This document shows positions 12,491 through 24,901 of a DNA stretch of 64,000 nucleotides, piece after piece. The position numbers were made by a program, and so were the translations under genes. The notes below the pieces were generated by a model, which did no database searches, was not told where the DNA came from, and saw nothing but the letters and a program-made list of their open reading frames with translations. The first letter of the stretch is position 1; each line of letters opens with the position of its first letter. Origin of the DNA: Octopus sinensis (taxonomy: Eukaryota); NCBI RefSeq assembly GCF_006345805.1, contig NC_043000.1, positions 145,328,001 to 145,392,000 on the forward strand. Reading direction: 5' to 3'.

Positions 12491-13360
12491 ATATTACGAC
12501 CAAGAAACGCCCCTGACTAGTCAGCTGAGACAACCGGTGCTTTGGGTCAGCATGATACAAAACGGCAGGACATTTATCAAAGTGTTGCACATATGAGAGA
12601 GTGTATGTACACGGAAACGCAATTACGGGTACGGAAGTATCTGCATGTGGGTTTTACTTTATCATATGTTTTATACTTATTAGTTTTCGTAATTATCACC
12701 TCTCTTTGTCTCTAAATTCGCAACGCACTCCTTCCGTTTCTATTTCTTCCCAAAGGCTTAAAGATACCGTCATTGATTATATTTCCGTTTATTTTACCAT
12801 GTCATACGGCATATTTGGACGGTTACAACGACCTGATCGTGGTTCCACAGCACAGAATGTGGGTATTGCATATTCAACAGGATATAATTTTCTGTGCTGT
12901 GGAAACGCATGTAGATCGCCGAAGCTATAAAATATGCTGCATGAAATTGTAAAGGAAAAGGAAATAAATTTTGAGGATGTACCATCATCCATATTTTCTA
13001 TCGTTATAATTATTGCTAAACTAAACTCCAGATAAAATTATCATTCATTGAAGCGACACGTAATAAGCCATCAGAGGAATTTAAAGCGTGATTGACTACT
13101 TGTAGTAAGCTTAAAATTCAAATATGAATCGATGGGGTTTACTGTAACCTAGAAATAACAGAGATACCACGGTATCCACCTCGATATCATACACTTCTAA
13201 ACTCACATAAATACGTGTGTGTGCATGTGATGTGTGTGTATGAATGCATGTATATATGTATATGAGTTTGTGAGTATGTACATATGTAAGCAAACATAAT
13301 CATGCTCACACACACACACGCATAAACACACCAGATATATATATTATATATATATATATT

Positions 13361-13411
<51 letters not shown>

Positions 13412-13446
13412 TATATAATATATATATATATTATATATATATATAT

Positions 13447-13517
<71 letters not shown>

Positions 13518-15351
13518 CATAACGGTTTTTGTGTTCTTTTTAAATGGCTTATAAACACCTTCTGCGCTGTAATTGTTTGTGTGTGTGTAGGGAGAAATAA
13601 AGACATATTTTTAGAAAATGGGAATTTGAATAGATTAATGAATAAAAAATGCTTATTTCCCTGGGTGTTTAATGTATATGTTTTGTAAAAGTTTTTCTCT
13701 GTAGTGCAATGTCCTCAAATATTTGCATGTGCTTTTAAAAGTAAAAATGCTGACGTTACTCTGTAAATAAGATAGAGGAATTGTGATAGAAATATATGCT
13801 TTGTTACACAAAATTTTAAATATTATGAATTGAAAATATGTAAATGAACATTAACATAATGCCGAAAGTAAAATTATAAAGGTGCGCTCCGAGGAAAAAT
13901 TATATCAGCTAAAAACCTTTCTAAAAACGAAAATCATTTTCTTAGAAACTCTAAAAAAATAGATGATACTATTAAAAACAATAAAGCACAGAAATTCCTC
14001 AACCATGGGAGAAATTCAAGCAACTGAAACCTGAAACCCCTTGAAAATACACATACGAAAATGACTTATAATGGAAGACTATTCGGCAATTACCAGCAGT
14101 GGCTTAAAGAAAAATATCACTTATCTGATTGTTCTAGAATTTGAATTAGAAACCATTCCAAAAAAAAAAAACTATACAGAATTGTCTCTACGAACAGCTT
14201 TCGAATATATACGGAGGAAATGGGAACAAACATGCAGATTTCACAGAGAAGTGATACTAATTCTAAACAGATTTAATTACAAAGTAAAATTACAAAAGAA
14301 GTGGTCACCATCATTTTTTTAAATAATTTGTAAATATAAGGTATATAAGAAATATGTATCTGCAGTGGATATAATAAGAAATGCTAGTAAATAGTAGATG
14401 AAATGAATGCATTCCTTATCATAACTTTTATTTATCATATTTATCACTCTAAATTCTCCATGAGGTAAGATGCTATCGTTTTGATAGCATCTACAAACAT
14501 CTCGGAACGATGCAGTTTATTATCAATAACATGTATAAATTGAAACTACCAAATAAACTAAATATAAATAAAAGTTTATAAATAAAATCTTTGGAAGGTA
14601 TGTTTTTGTACAAGGAAAGAATAATGGGCACCAATTATTGTTTGCAATGACCCATTAATTAGATGGTCATGGGAGTGGAATTGAAGGACAGATCCGATTT
14701 ATTCTCAGACAGAAATGAATGTTGTATTCTTACATACTATAATGAAACAATTGCCACGAAAGCTCCATACAAGTATAATGGAGTATATATAACTAATGCA
14801 ATAGAGCCAATGGAGTAACTAGAGTGTGTGTCGTCCTGGGTATCCTTTACCCCCAGTCCCCAAAAGCTTTGTGCAGCGTACCCAGAAGAGCACCCTCTCG
14901 ATCGCTCCATCGCTCCCGTAGCTTCGTTATTGAATACAGGAAAAATAAGATAGGATTAAATTTGATTCTTAACATATAAGTGGCAAGCTCATATTTCAAT
15001 TATTATATATCAAATCCGGAAGTATTCTAATGTGTATATATTAGGCATCTCTTTAATAAGCCGCATTAATTAGAATGAATTCGAACTAAATAATTGAAAA
15101 TTACTGAAGTTTAGAAGGGAACGGCCAGTTGCTTAACCAGTAGCAAACTAAAGACTCCTATCTATGTTGAAGGAAAATCATTAATTCACACAGACAAATA
15201 CGATAAAAAATATTGTCAATTTACAATTATATTTCCAGTGGAGTAAATATAAAATATTTAGATACCCATTGTAACGAAGATAATAAACCTGCATCTTAAT
15301 GTATATGAAATCAATGATCATTACATTAGAAGAACACACTAGCGGAATATA

Positions 15352-16626
15352 CGAGGGGCGTTCAATAAGTAATGCCTCTGGCCCACTTGCAGTTTTTTGA
15401 TCTAGCTCAAATTTTGCATGTGCAATTACTGATATTTCTATAGATTAAGTGGCAAATTACAGCTCTGAACTAATTGTGGTGTCTGATTTACAGGTGTTTG
15501 AACTGAGTCAAGTGTGAAATGGAGCCTGTTGAGTTGCGAACAGTGATCCGGTTTTTGTATTTGAAAGGACGCACACCACGGGAGAAGTAACTTATGGTGA
15601 TGATGTCCCATCATATGACCTTGTAAAATGCTGGCATCGTGAATTCAAACATGGTCAGAACTCTGTGGAAACAGCTCCCAGATCTGGTCGCCCCACTTCT
15701 GCCATTGATGAGGTATCTGTCCGTCAAGTTGAGGCTGCCATTTTGGAAGATCGACGCATAACTATTCGCCAAATAGTCCATGAGGTCAAGATAAGAACCG
15801 GGTCTGTGGAAACTATCATTCATGACTATTTGCATATGCAAAAGGTGTCTGCCAGATGGATTCCCAGGTTGCTCACACCTTTCCAGAAGCAAGGACGCGT
15901 CGAGTGCTCGAGGATGAATTTGGAGATGTGCCAAGAAGATGAGTCAAGCTTTTTCAAAAGATTGATTACACAGGATGAAACCTGGGTCCATCACTATGAT
16001 CCAGAGACCAAAGCCCAGTCAATGCAGTGGAAGCACCGTGACTCACCTCCTCCAAAGAAGGCAAGTGTGCAGCCCTCCACTGGCAAGATCATGCTCACAA
16101 TCTTCTGGGACCAGGACGGAGTAATGATGACAGATTTCCTGCCAAAGGGTACCACAATTACAGGAGTCTATTATGCTTCACTTTTGAGGAAATTAAGAGA
16201 AGCTATCAAAATCAAGAGGCGGGGCAAGATCAGCAAAGGCATCCTCCTCCTGCAGGACAACGCTCCGGTCCACAACTCGCGTGTCGCCAGATCAGAAGTA
16301 CAGGCGTGTGGCTATGGACCCCTCCCCCACCCCCCTACTCTCCCGACCTTGCACCCTCTGATTTTCATCTCTTCCCAGCCATGAAGTTGTTTTTGAAAGG
16401 AAAGCGTTTCCCAGATGATGCAGCCTTGATTTCTGAAGTTACGTCGTGGTTGGAAGACCAAGCTGGGGTCTTCTACAAAAACGGTCTCCAGAGCTGCATC
16501 AAACGATGGGAGAAAGGCGTAACTCTGGGTGGTTCCTAATTAGAAAAAGGCTAATAACTGCACCAAGTTTCGTTGCTCTACTACTATGGGAAGTGGGTCA
16601 GGGGCAATACTTATTGAACGCCCTCG
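15352..16626 (+). mobile_element. Full-length Tc1/mariner DNA transposon (DD34D, irritans-like)
   Basis: Imperfect TIRs cgaggggcgttcaataagtaatgcctctggcccactt / aagtgggtcaggggcaatacttattgaacgccctcg; TA TSD at 15350-15351 and 16627-16628; 1275 bp. Confidence 0.97.
15519..16539 (+). pseudogene. mariner transposase, two frameshifts
   Basis: ATG 15519 (MEPVELRTVIRFLYLKG), RSGRP, ARWIPRLL, ITQDETW, LQDNA, PPYSPDLAPSD; frameshifts near 15585 and 16325. Confidence 0.95.
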
Positions 16627-16639
16627 TATCGTCGGCGGC

Positions 16640-17528
16640 GGTATATCAGTCGAGCTCTCTGCAAAGTTTAAGTTGTTTCGCTCACTTATTTGCTGACTGT
16701 AATGCATTTCATCGATGCCTCCACCAAGTTTGGAGATGGTCTAACGAATGGGACCTGTGTCTGAACGTGTCAAAGTTCTGTCATCTGCCTGTTGGTTCTC
16801 CTCCTGCAACTCAACTTGATTTCGAGCCGGGTCGTCTGCTGCTGGAGAGGACCGATCAGGTAAAGGACGTGGGTATCTTGGTGGATTCCTCCTTTCCGCC
16901 TTCGATCCAGTGCGTCCATGCTGCCAACAAAGCACGCGGAGTTCTGTTCTTGATTCGACGGTCATTCGGAATGCTCACAGCAGCCATATTCCTACCGCTC
17001 TATGTCACGCTGGTGAGACCCATATTGGAGTATGGGATTCAAGCGTCTTCTCCTTATCTCCTCAAAGACATACAACATCTCGAAAGAGTCCAGAAGCTGG
17101 CTATGCGCATGGTTCTTGGTCTCAAGAATTTGTCTTATGAAGAAAGGCTGAAGACACTCGACCTTTATTCTCTAGAAAAACGACGACGCCGTGGTGATCT
17201 CATTCTTGCTCACCACATCATAAGCGGAAAGTGTAACCTCTCGAAGGAGTTGTTCTTCACTCCTGCTCCAGAACGTCGGCTGCGGGGTCATTCCGAAAAG
17301 GTCTATCTGCGACGATTTCATCTCAATCGAAGGAGAGGGGCTTTCTCCGTCCGGGTTGCGGATCCGTGGAATAAGCTGCCGGACGAGATGGTGAAGATGC
17401 CGACGACCGCCCGGTTCAAAGTCTCCCTTGACCACAAGTGGCCTGAACTCTTTGTGTGAACACCACCATGTAAATAACTCCATGTCCCCCTACATGGCCT
17501 TGCTGTTTTGCTTTTTGAGCCAAAAAAT

Positions 17529-17560
<32 letters not shown>
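16640..17560 (+). mobile_element. 5'-truncated CR1-clade LINE 3' end with (TAAC)n tail
   Basis: Open ~270 aa: LYVTLVRPILEY, LERVQK, LSYEERLKTLDLYSLEKRRRRGDLI, RGHSEK, WNKLP; stop at 17459; tail (TAAC)n 17528-17560. Confidence 0.9.
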
Positions 17561-17604
17561 ATGTAATTCCTCAAGGTTCTGATTGTAAGAAAATTTAGCA
17601 ATAA

Positions 17605-17918
17605 TCATGGCACTCCGTCAGTTACAACGATCAGGGTTCCAGTTGATCCGATCAACGGAACCGCTGGCGAAATTAACGTGCACCCTTAACGTACTTCTCA
17701 GAATGATTCAGCATGACACAGAGTGTTACAAGGCTAGCTTCTTTAAAATACAGGTAGAGCAGAAACAGGAAGAAAGAATTAGAGAAAGTTATGGTGAAAG
17801 AGTACAGTAGAGTCTCGTAGAACTGTAGGTGTTTTCGCTCAATAAGCACTCACAACGCCCGGTTTGGGAATCAAAACCGAGTTCCTACCACAGCAAGCCC
17901 GCTGCCCTAACCACTGGA
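17605..17918 (-). mobile_element. SINE family C (tRNA-derived)
   Basis: Reverse strand has cagtggttagggcagcgg (A-box-like) and ggttttgattcc (B-box-like); 3' part matches 61320-61530. Confidence 0.6.
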
Positions 17919-18394
17919 GAATTGTGCTTCCACACGGCAATAATATATATTTCTGCATTTAACAAAACACTATATTAAATGAAGGTTACTACATCTGGTT
18001 AACGCTTACAGGTCATCGATAAAGTTTTAAACATCTTTTTGTCAAATAATTAATATCGTTCTCGTTAAACTTAATTAACGCTAATATTAAAATACGTTAA
18101 TTCATATAACCAGATAATCGTTAGCGACTATAATATTTGTCATTGTACCGCTAGTGATATATGCAGTCTCATTGAAGAAATAATCTGTTGATATTTATGT
18201 TAGTATTGAAATTAATTGGTAACCACGTTATCAAAAAATTAATCATAGTGATTATATTTATTTTCTTAGACAACCTGCTAGTTTAGGAATGATCTGAGAG
18301 GTTAAGAAATTCAATAGTATTTTACTACTGCTGGAAATGGCAGTTAATTTGATCGATGTTGACAAGTATCATTCCTCATCTAAAATAGATTCAA

Positions 18395-18626
18395 GGCAGC
18401 GAGCTGGCAGAAACGTTAGCATACCGGGCGAAATGCTTAGCGGTATTTCGACTGCCGTTGCGTCCTGAGTTCAAATTCCGCCTAGGTCGACTTTGCCTTT
18501 TAATCCTTTCGGGGTCAATAAATTAAGTACCAGTTACGCACTGGGGTCTATGTAATCGTCTTAATCCGTTTGTCTGTCCTTGTTTGTTCTCTCTATGTTT
18601 AGCCCCTTGTGGGTAATAAAAAAATA
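18395..18626 (+). mobile_element. SINE family B (Meta-SINE-like), full length
   Basis: gagctggcagaaacgttagc...gagttcaaattcc...ggtcgactttgcc...tcctttcggggtc...taagtaccag...tttgtctgtccttgtttg tail. Confidence 0.9.
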
Positions 18627-18834
18627 GGTATTTTGATTTGTGAATAATTCTGTTTCGTTTATTTATTTTCTAATGTTAATTTTGAAATTGTTGTTACTGA
18701 ATTTTTCCTTGTTAAGTTTTATGGTGTTATTAATTGCCTTCTGCGTGTGTCAGAAGGTGGGATCTTTTATTTCCCTCTGTGAGGAGGGGGGATTTTATAT
18801 TTTTGTTGTGTTTTTTCACAAATTTTGTTAAAAA

Positions 18835-21440
18835 TGAATACTTCCTCTGGTTATGTTGGCTCGTGATCTGAAAAAGAGGTAATCCTTGGAACTGCTAAGC
18901 CGCTTTGAGCTAACAGATCCATTTAGGCTGGAATTTCCGATCGCTCCATTGTGGGTATGGTCAAACAGCAATGGATCCAGAGTTAGGATTCGTGCATTGG
19001 GTTGTGAAGGAATCAAGGCCGCGAGATGGCTCTGAGTGGTGGAAGCCCAACGTGGAAACGATAGCACAAGTTGATCTTTGATGAACAACGAGGTAAGTTG
19101 ATAAATGAGCCCAAGATGTGTGAGGTCTTTCGGGAGCACTTCGCCAAGATTTTCGGAGGTGAGGCGGATCGTACAGTAGGATGGACCTAGCGAACTTCCT
19201 CGCCGAGCTACCGCGCCTCTCGGAGCAGGACACGGAGTGTTGTGAAGGGCCGATTACGCCTGAGGAGGTAATTGACGTTATGGCTGACTGCGGCGCGGGT
19301 AAGGCGCCGGGACTGGATTGTCTACCCTACGAAGTCTATAACAGTATGCCAGACTTGTTCGGGCGCCTGCTGACGAATGTCTACCCGAAGTGGCAGCAAA
19401 ATGGATTCATTCCCAGGTCTGTGCGCCGGCGAATGGTGCCGATTGTCAGAAAGGACCCGAACAATGGAGATTGCATTGATAAGTTTCGGCCCATTACTCT
19501 GCTAAACACAGAGTTGAAGATTTTGACCAAAGTGTTATCGAAAAGATTGGCGCCTGTCGCGGATGGTTTGATCGGGAAGGCACATACATATGCCGTTCTC
19601 GGTAGAACTATTCAGGATAATCTCCATATTCTACGGTACACTGTAGATGGGTTTAATAATGATTGTGGCAAGGGAGGGGCAGTGGTCTATTTAAACCAAT
19701 CAAAGGATAGTGATAGCGTGGAGCATCATTATCTGGTGTCGGTTCTGGCACAGTTCAGCCTGAGTCTTGGCTTCCTCAGGTGGATCATTGCAATTTACCA
19801 CAATATCGACTCGGTAGTTCGGGTGAACGGCTTTTTATCTAAACATTTCAGCATCAAACGCTCGGTTCGTCAAGGGTGTCCGTTCTTCCTGCTTTTGTAT
19901 GTAATGGCTCCAGAGCCATTGCTGCGAAAATTGAGCGACATCCCGAGACAGCCACGTTGTGGAGAGTCGGTTTCAGCGTATGCGGACGACATCACCATCA
20001 ACGTTAACGAAATGGATCACCTACAGAGGGTAGGCAAGGCCATTCAGGAATACGAGACGGTGGCAGGAGCAATGGTTAATCGTGAAAAGTCAGTCGGCTT
20101 GCAGATCGGCAACATGAGAGGCAAGTCGATGCCTACTGACAGCGTTGTGGGAATTTGGATGGAAAGTCTTCTTAAGTTGCTAAGAGTTTCGTTTAGACCA
20201 GACCTCCAAATAGAGAAGAACTGGGCCGAGATACCGAGCAGGGTGGCCCACATAGACTTGATAGGGTCTTGGCGGTGGTTATCCCTGAAAGGGAGGGCGG
20301 AGGTGGCCAATCTGTTCATCGTATCGGTCATCACCTACCGCCTAACCGTCGTTCCCTGCCATGATTTGTGGTTGAGCAAGCTGGAAAGATAGCTCTTCCG
20401 CTTCTTGTGGAAGGGCTAGACGCCGCTTGTGAGATGCTCTATTTGCTGCCAACAACTGCTAAAGGGTGGGCCAGGAATGTCTTGGATGATGATGCGAAGG
20501 CACGCGCTTAGGTTCAGGCATATGTGGCTCCACTTGTTTCGGTGGACTGGAAACCTGGTTCTATCGCAAATCACAGTTGGGTACATGGTTTATGGAGTGT
20601 CGTAGGGTTCTCCAGATATTCTATCTCTCGAGCAGCACCTGCGGTAGCTACCATAATTTTCCATAGAGGGTTGGTAGAGCCAAAGTGTAACGATACCTTG
20701 GGGAAATCCCAAGGTCTCGATGATAATCAGCTGCCCAGTCTGTTCCAGTGTACATTCGAGCCGAAGAGACTGGATAATTTCCAGACGTCTTTGGCATGGG
20801 AATGTTAGCGTGGAGCGTTAACTCACCGGGACGAGCTCGTAAATCATGATGGAAATGTCCCGCAAGCTACTGTTCAGTGTTTGGAGGTGTCAGATGTGTG
20901 GGTTTATGCGGAGCAAATCTTGTCAAGTACAGGAATATATACAGCTGTCGACTGAGTCAATAGTGAAAATTGATCAACTGGATTTCCAATCGAAAGAAAG
21001 TAAGAATTGCTTTCTCATAGTAGTAGCCAAAGCGAAAGAGGTGATTTGGAAGACATGAGTGAAAGAGTTAATAACATGTATTTTTATTTTTGGCCCTGGG
21101 TTGGCGAATTTTTTCACCTTCCACCTAAGAAGAAAAATAGGGTTAGAGAGAAAATGCCTGTCCGCGAAAATGTTTCAAGATCGATGGAAGTATGTAGCAC
21201 GAATGTTGCGTATGGATGGAACTGCATGAATACAATGCAGGAAGAACCCAAAGCATCATTGGTGAGGTGGGACTCGTGGGGTTAGACCATATCTCGCTTC
21301 CCCACTCCATTTTGTAACGTTGTCTTCATATTTATGTTAAATTTTTTAAATTCAACTTTATGTCAATTCATACGTTAAATCTGGACTCATATCAGATTGT
21401 ACTGTCCCCACTGTGTTTCCCCTTGTGAGAAATAAAAAAA
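18835..21440 (+). mobile_element. Tx1/L1-clade LINE, internally deleted and degenerate
   Basis: APE C-term (TDPFRLEFPIAPLWVWSNSNGS), linker, RT ORF 19181-20392, decayed post-RT region, AT-rich 3' UTR ending aaataaaaaaa. Confidence 0.85.
19181..20392 (+). pseudogene. Tx1-type reverse transcriptase ORF (403 aa)
   Basis: GKAPGLD, FRPITLLNTELKILTKVL, SVRQGCP, SAYADDIT; conserved DQxKAFD and CPLS motifs are eroded (NQSKDSD, CPFF). Confidence 0.85.
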
Positions 21441-21444
21441 TTGC

Positions 21445-21620
21445 TAAATTCTTAGCGGTATTTTGTCTGTCTTTACGTTCTAAGTTCAAATTCTGCCGAG
21501 GTCGACTTTACCTTTCATCATTTCGGGTTCACTAAATTAAGTACCAGTTGCGCACTGGTGTTGATCTAATCGACTTGTCCCCTTCCCCAAAATTTCGGGC
21601 TTTGTACCTAGAGTAGGAAA
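21445..21620 (+). mobile_element. 5'-truncated SINE family B variant abutting the Tx1 3' end
   Basis: cttagcggtatt...aagttcaaattc...gaggtcgactt...; tail tccccttccccaaaatttcgggc. Confidence 0.8.
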
Positions 21621-21705
21621 GATTATATATTTAATACACTTATACATTTTGCTCTTGTGTGCACGCGTACTCGTATGTGTATATGTGTGTATATATACAT
21701 AAAAA

Positions 21706-21931
21706 GGCGGCGAGCTGGCAGAAACGTTAGCGCGCCGGGCGAAATGCTTAGCGGTATTTCGTCTGTCGTTACGTTGTGAGTTCAAATTCCGCCGAGGTCG
21801 ACTTTGCCTTTCATCATTTCGGGCTCGATAAATTAAGTACCAGTTACCCACTGGGGTCGATGTAATCGACTTAATCCCTTTCTCTGTCCTTGTTTGTCCC
21901 CTCTATGTTTAGCCCCTTGTGGGTAGTAAAG

Positions 21932-21934
<3 letters not shown>
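21706..21934 (+). mobile_element. SINE family B, full length, followed by (AT)n
   Basis: Near-identical to 18395, 32833 and 39144 copies. Confidence 0.92.
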
Positions 21935-21988
<54 letters not shown>

Positions 21989-22480
21989 TATATATATCAT
22001 AAGGATTTGCGTATACATGTACTGTAGAATTTATCCTCTGTGTTCCTACTCTGATACTCACCATATCCATTGCTCTTCGCGTGACACTCTCTTGACTTTC
22101 CACACATACACACACTTCATCTCCTGCAAAAATGTAAACTTCAAACCTTCCGTACTTATACGCATTGTATATCGTATCGTAATCTCATTAAGAATAATCA
22201 TCTTACATGAACATTTTAATGAAAATAATAAATTGTTGCTGCGTTGAGACTGTGACACTTGTGAGTTTTAGAAGACTTAAAAAGCATCTTCATCTGAAAG
22301 TAGTTCTTATCTTAGCGACTAGGACATAATTAGATCAGACATCAAATGATAATAAATTTGAAAAAGTTAGACGCTGAATATAATTTGAAAGACATACTAA
22401 CATGTGTGTCAAATTTACTAATCCTAAAAATTTTGTAATGCTATTATATCAACATCTCTATGAGAAATACACATACACAT

Positions 22481-22906
22481 AGGCGCAGGAGTGGCTGTAT
22501 GGTAAGTAGCGTGCTAACCAACCACATGGTTCCGGGTTCAGTCCCACTGCGTGGCATCTTGGGCGAGTGTCTTCTGCTATAGCCCCGGGCCGAACAATGC
22601 CTTGTGAGTGGATTTGGTAGACGGAAAGTGAAAGAAGCCTGTCATATATATGTATATATATATGTGTGTGTGCGTGTGTGTTTGTGTGTCTGTGTTTGTC
22701 CCCCTAGCATTGCTTGTGTGTTTATGTCCCCGTCACGATGCTGGTGTGTTTATGTCCCCGTCACTTAGCGGTTCGGCAAAAGAGACCGATAGAATAAGTA
22801 CTGGGCTTACAAAGAATAAGTCCCGGGGTCGATTTGCTCGACTAAAGGCGGTGCTCCAGCATGGCCGCAGCCAAATGACTGAAACATGTAAAAGAGTAAA
22901 AAAAGT
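22481..22906 (+). mobile_element. SINE family A, full length
   Basis: ggcgcaggagtggctgtatggtaagtagc head, B-box-like ggttcagtcc, CORE-like cttgggcgagt, tail gaaacatgtaaaagagta; 21-bp internal duplication at 22716-22764. Confidence 0.92.
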
Positions 22907-24315
22907 ATACTTGATGTATCTAAAAGGATGCCGTGAGACTGATGTCACATCTGAGATTATGGGAGGAAGGAAAAGTATTTCATATATAAATCATTAAAGA
23001 TACCCTGCTAGAAGCATTCTATACAGGGAATCTAAAATAATAGAAACAATTATTGTTTCAGTTACAGAAATTAGGTGTAATAATGAATGAAAACCTTTTC
23101 ATTTCGTCATTGTATTTTCTCCTCACAAAATTTGTTTAAACGAGGCACAAATAATGATACAGCATTCAATAGTCCGAATTAACTGATTAACGAATAAAAC
23201 CTGTTGAGAAATACAAGCAAGTACGTGATGTACCCAAAATGTACACAAGGATATTTTTGTAATATATGCAGATGATACGCTTAAGTAATGAAATGCCAGC
23301 TTTGTCTCATACTTCCATCATTGTGATATTGTGATATTCATTTTAGTAAAGCCATTTTACAATCTAAACACGAATATAACGCCGACGCATACAGAATACA
23401 TAAACTGATATGTGTGTTTATGTGTGTGTGTGTGTGTAAGTATTTGTATGAATACATGTAATATATATGTATACATGAATATATATGTGTGTGTGTGTGT
23501 GTGTGGACGTGTGTGTGGACGTGTGTGTGTACGTGTGTGTGCGCGCGAAAAAACGCTTTTCTGTGTCTGTAGGTATACATGTGTGTATAATTTACCAAAA
23601 AAATTAGCTCCAAAAATTTATTCAAAGTGGCATATATTGGGATATGTACTTTTTATTAAAGATGATGTCCATAATATTTACGAAGGGAAGATTCCGAGAT
23701 AGGTGAATAAAATATAAATGGGTAACAGAAAGGTAAATGTGTTAAGCCATTACGGCCGTTTCTATTGATTCTTTCAATTGATTAATGAAAACATTACATG
23801 TTTGTAAAGAAAACATTTTCGTCACATGAATTCATGAATTTCAAAATAATTAATATTCAGAATGATTTCACATAGTTTAGAATCAACGGAACAAAAACAT
23901 TTACATTCATTCTGATACTATTTCATTTGGCAGAATGGATTTACTACTAGAGGATATATTTGGGTAGAACAGAGAAATGTAGGGGTTAGTATAGTTTTAG
24001 GATGGGGTATGAATAACTGACCCCAATGATTCAGATATCTATACGTCTAACAAGAAAGGAGGGCGCGGCTCCAATAGTCAAGATTTAATTCATTAAGAAT
24101 TTGTTTAATGCCTAATGGACAGTGGTAAGAAAATGAATTGTGGTCAGGTGAGCCTACCAAATTATCAATGTCGTACCTGATGGAACTAATTTATAAACTT
24201 TATCTCTGCAAATGTGCAAGACTGTGGGTTGTAATGCTACCCTCTGCTTTTCCCATTTGCAGTACCCTCTGCCTTGTACATAGATAAAGCCTGAGAATTC
24301 GGTCCGTCATATAAT

Positions 24316-24395
<80 letters not shown>

Positions 24396-24860
24396 TATAT
24401 GAGTATATATACGTATGTATGTTCGTGCGCAATGACGATTGAGTTCGTCTCCATAAAAGTAATAGACTTAAAATAATATATTGGAATAGTTTAGTCGGTT
24501 AAAAATAAATAGGTTTACGTGGCACGTATTATCTCCGCTGCAGAATTACTGAAATAATCATAACAAATAATAGAATATCCAACTACATGAATGAGAATCT
24601 GTATATGAATACATATGCTTGGGTGTGCACATATATATACATACATATATATATATATATATATATGTATGTATATATATATATATGGAAATATTAATAG
24701 CTCTAGATCTCTCTAAACGAGACTATATATATGCACATAAATCCATATGTATATGCGTGGGTGTGTATATCCAAGTACGTTTCTCTATATAAATACATAT
24801 GTGCACACACTAGTACATTCTAAGAACTTTTTCTTTAATATTCTATATATATATATATAT

Positions 24861-24901
<41 letters not shown>

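Noticed and set aside
16446-17459. 337-aa ORF as a mariner-CR1 fusion gene
   Set aside because: GTG start in a non-transposase frame of the mariner end; read-through is incidental and RT is truncated.
22481-22560. SINE heads as tRNA genes
   Set aside because: A/B-like boxes are present but there is no acceptor-stem pairing, and they continue into a multi-copy SINE body.
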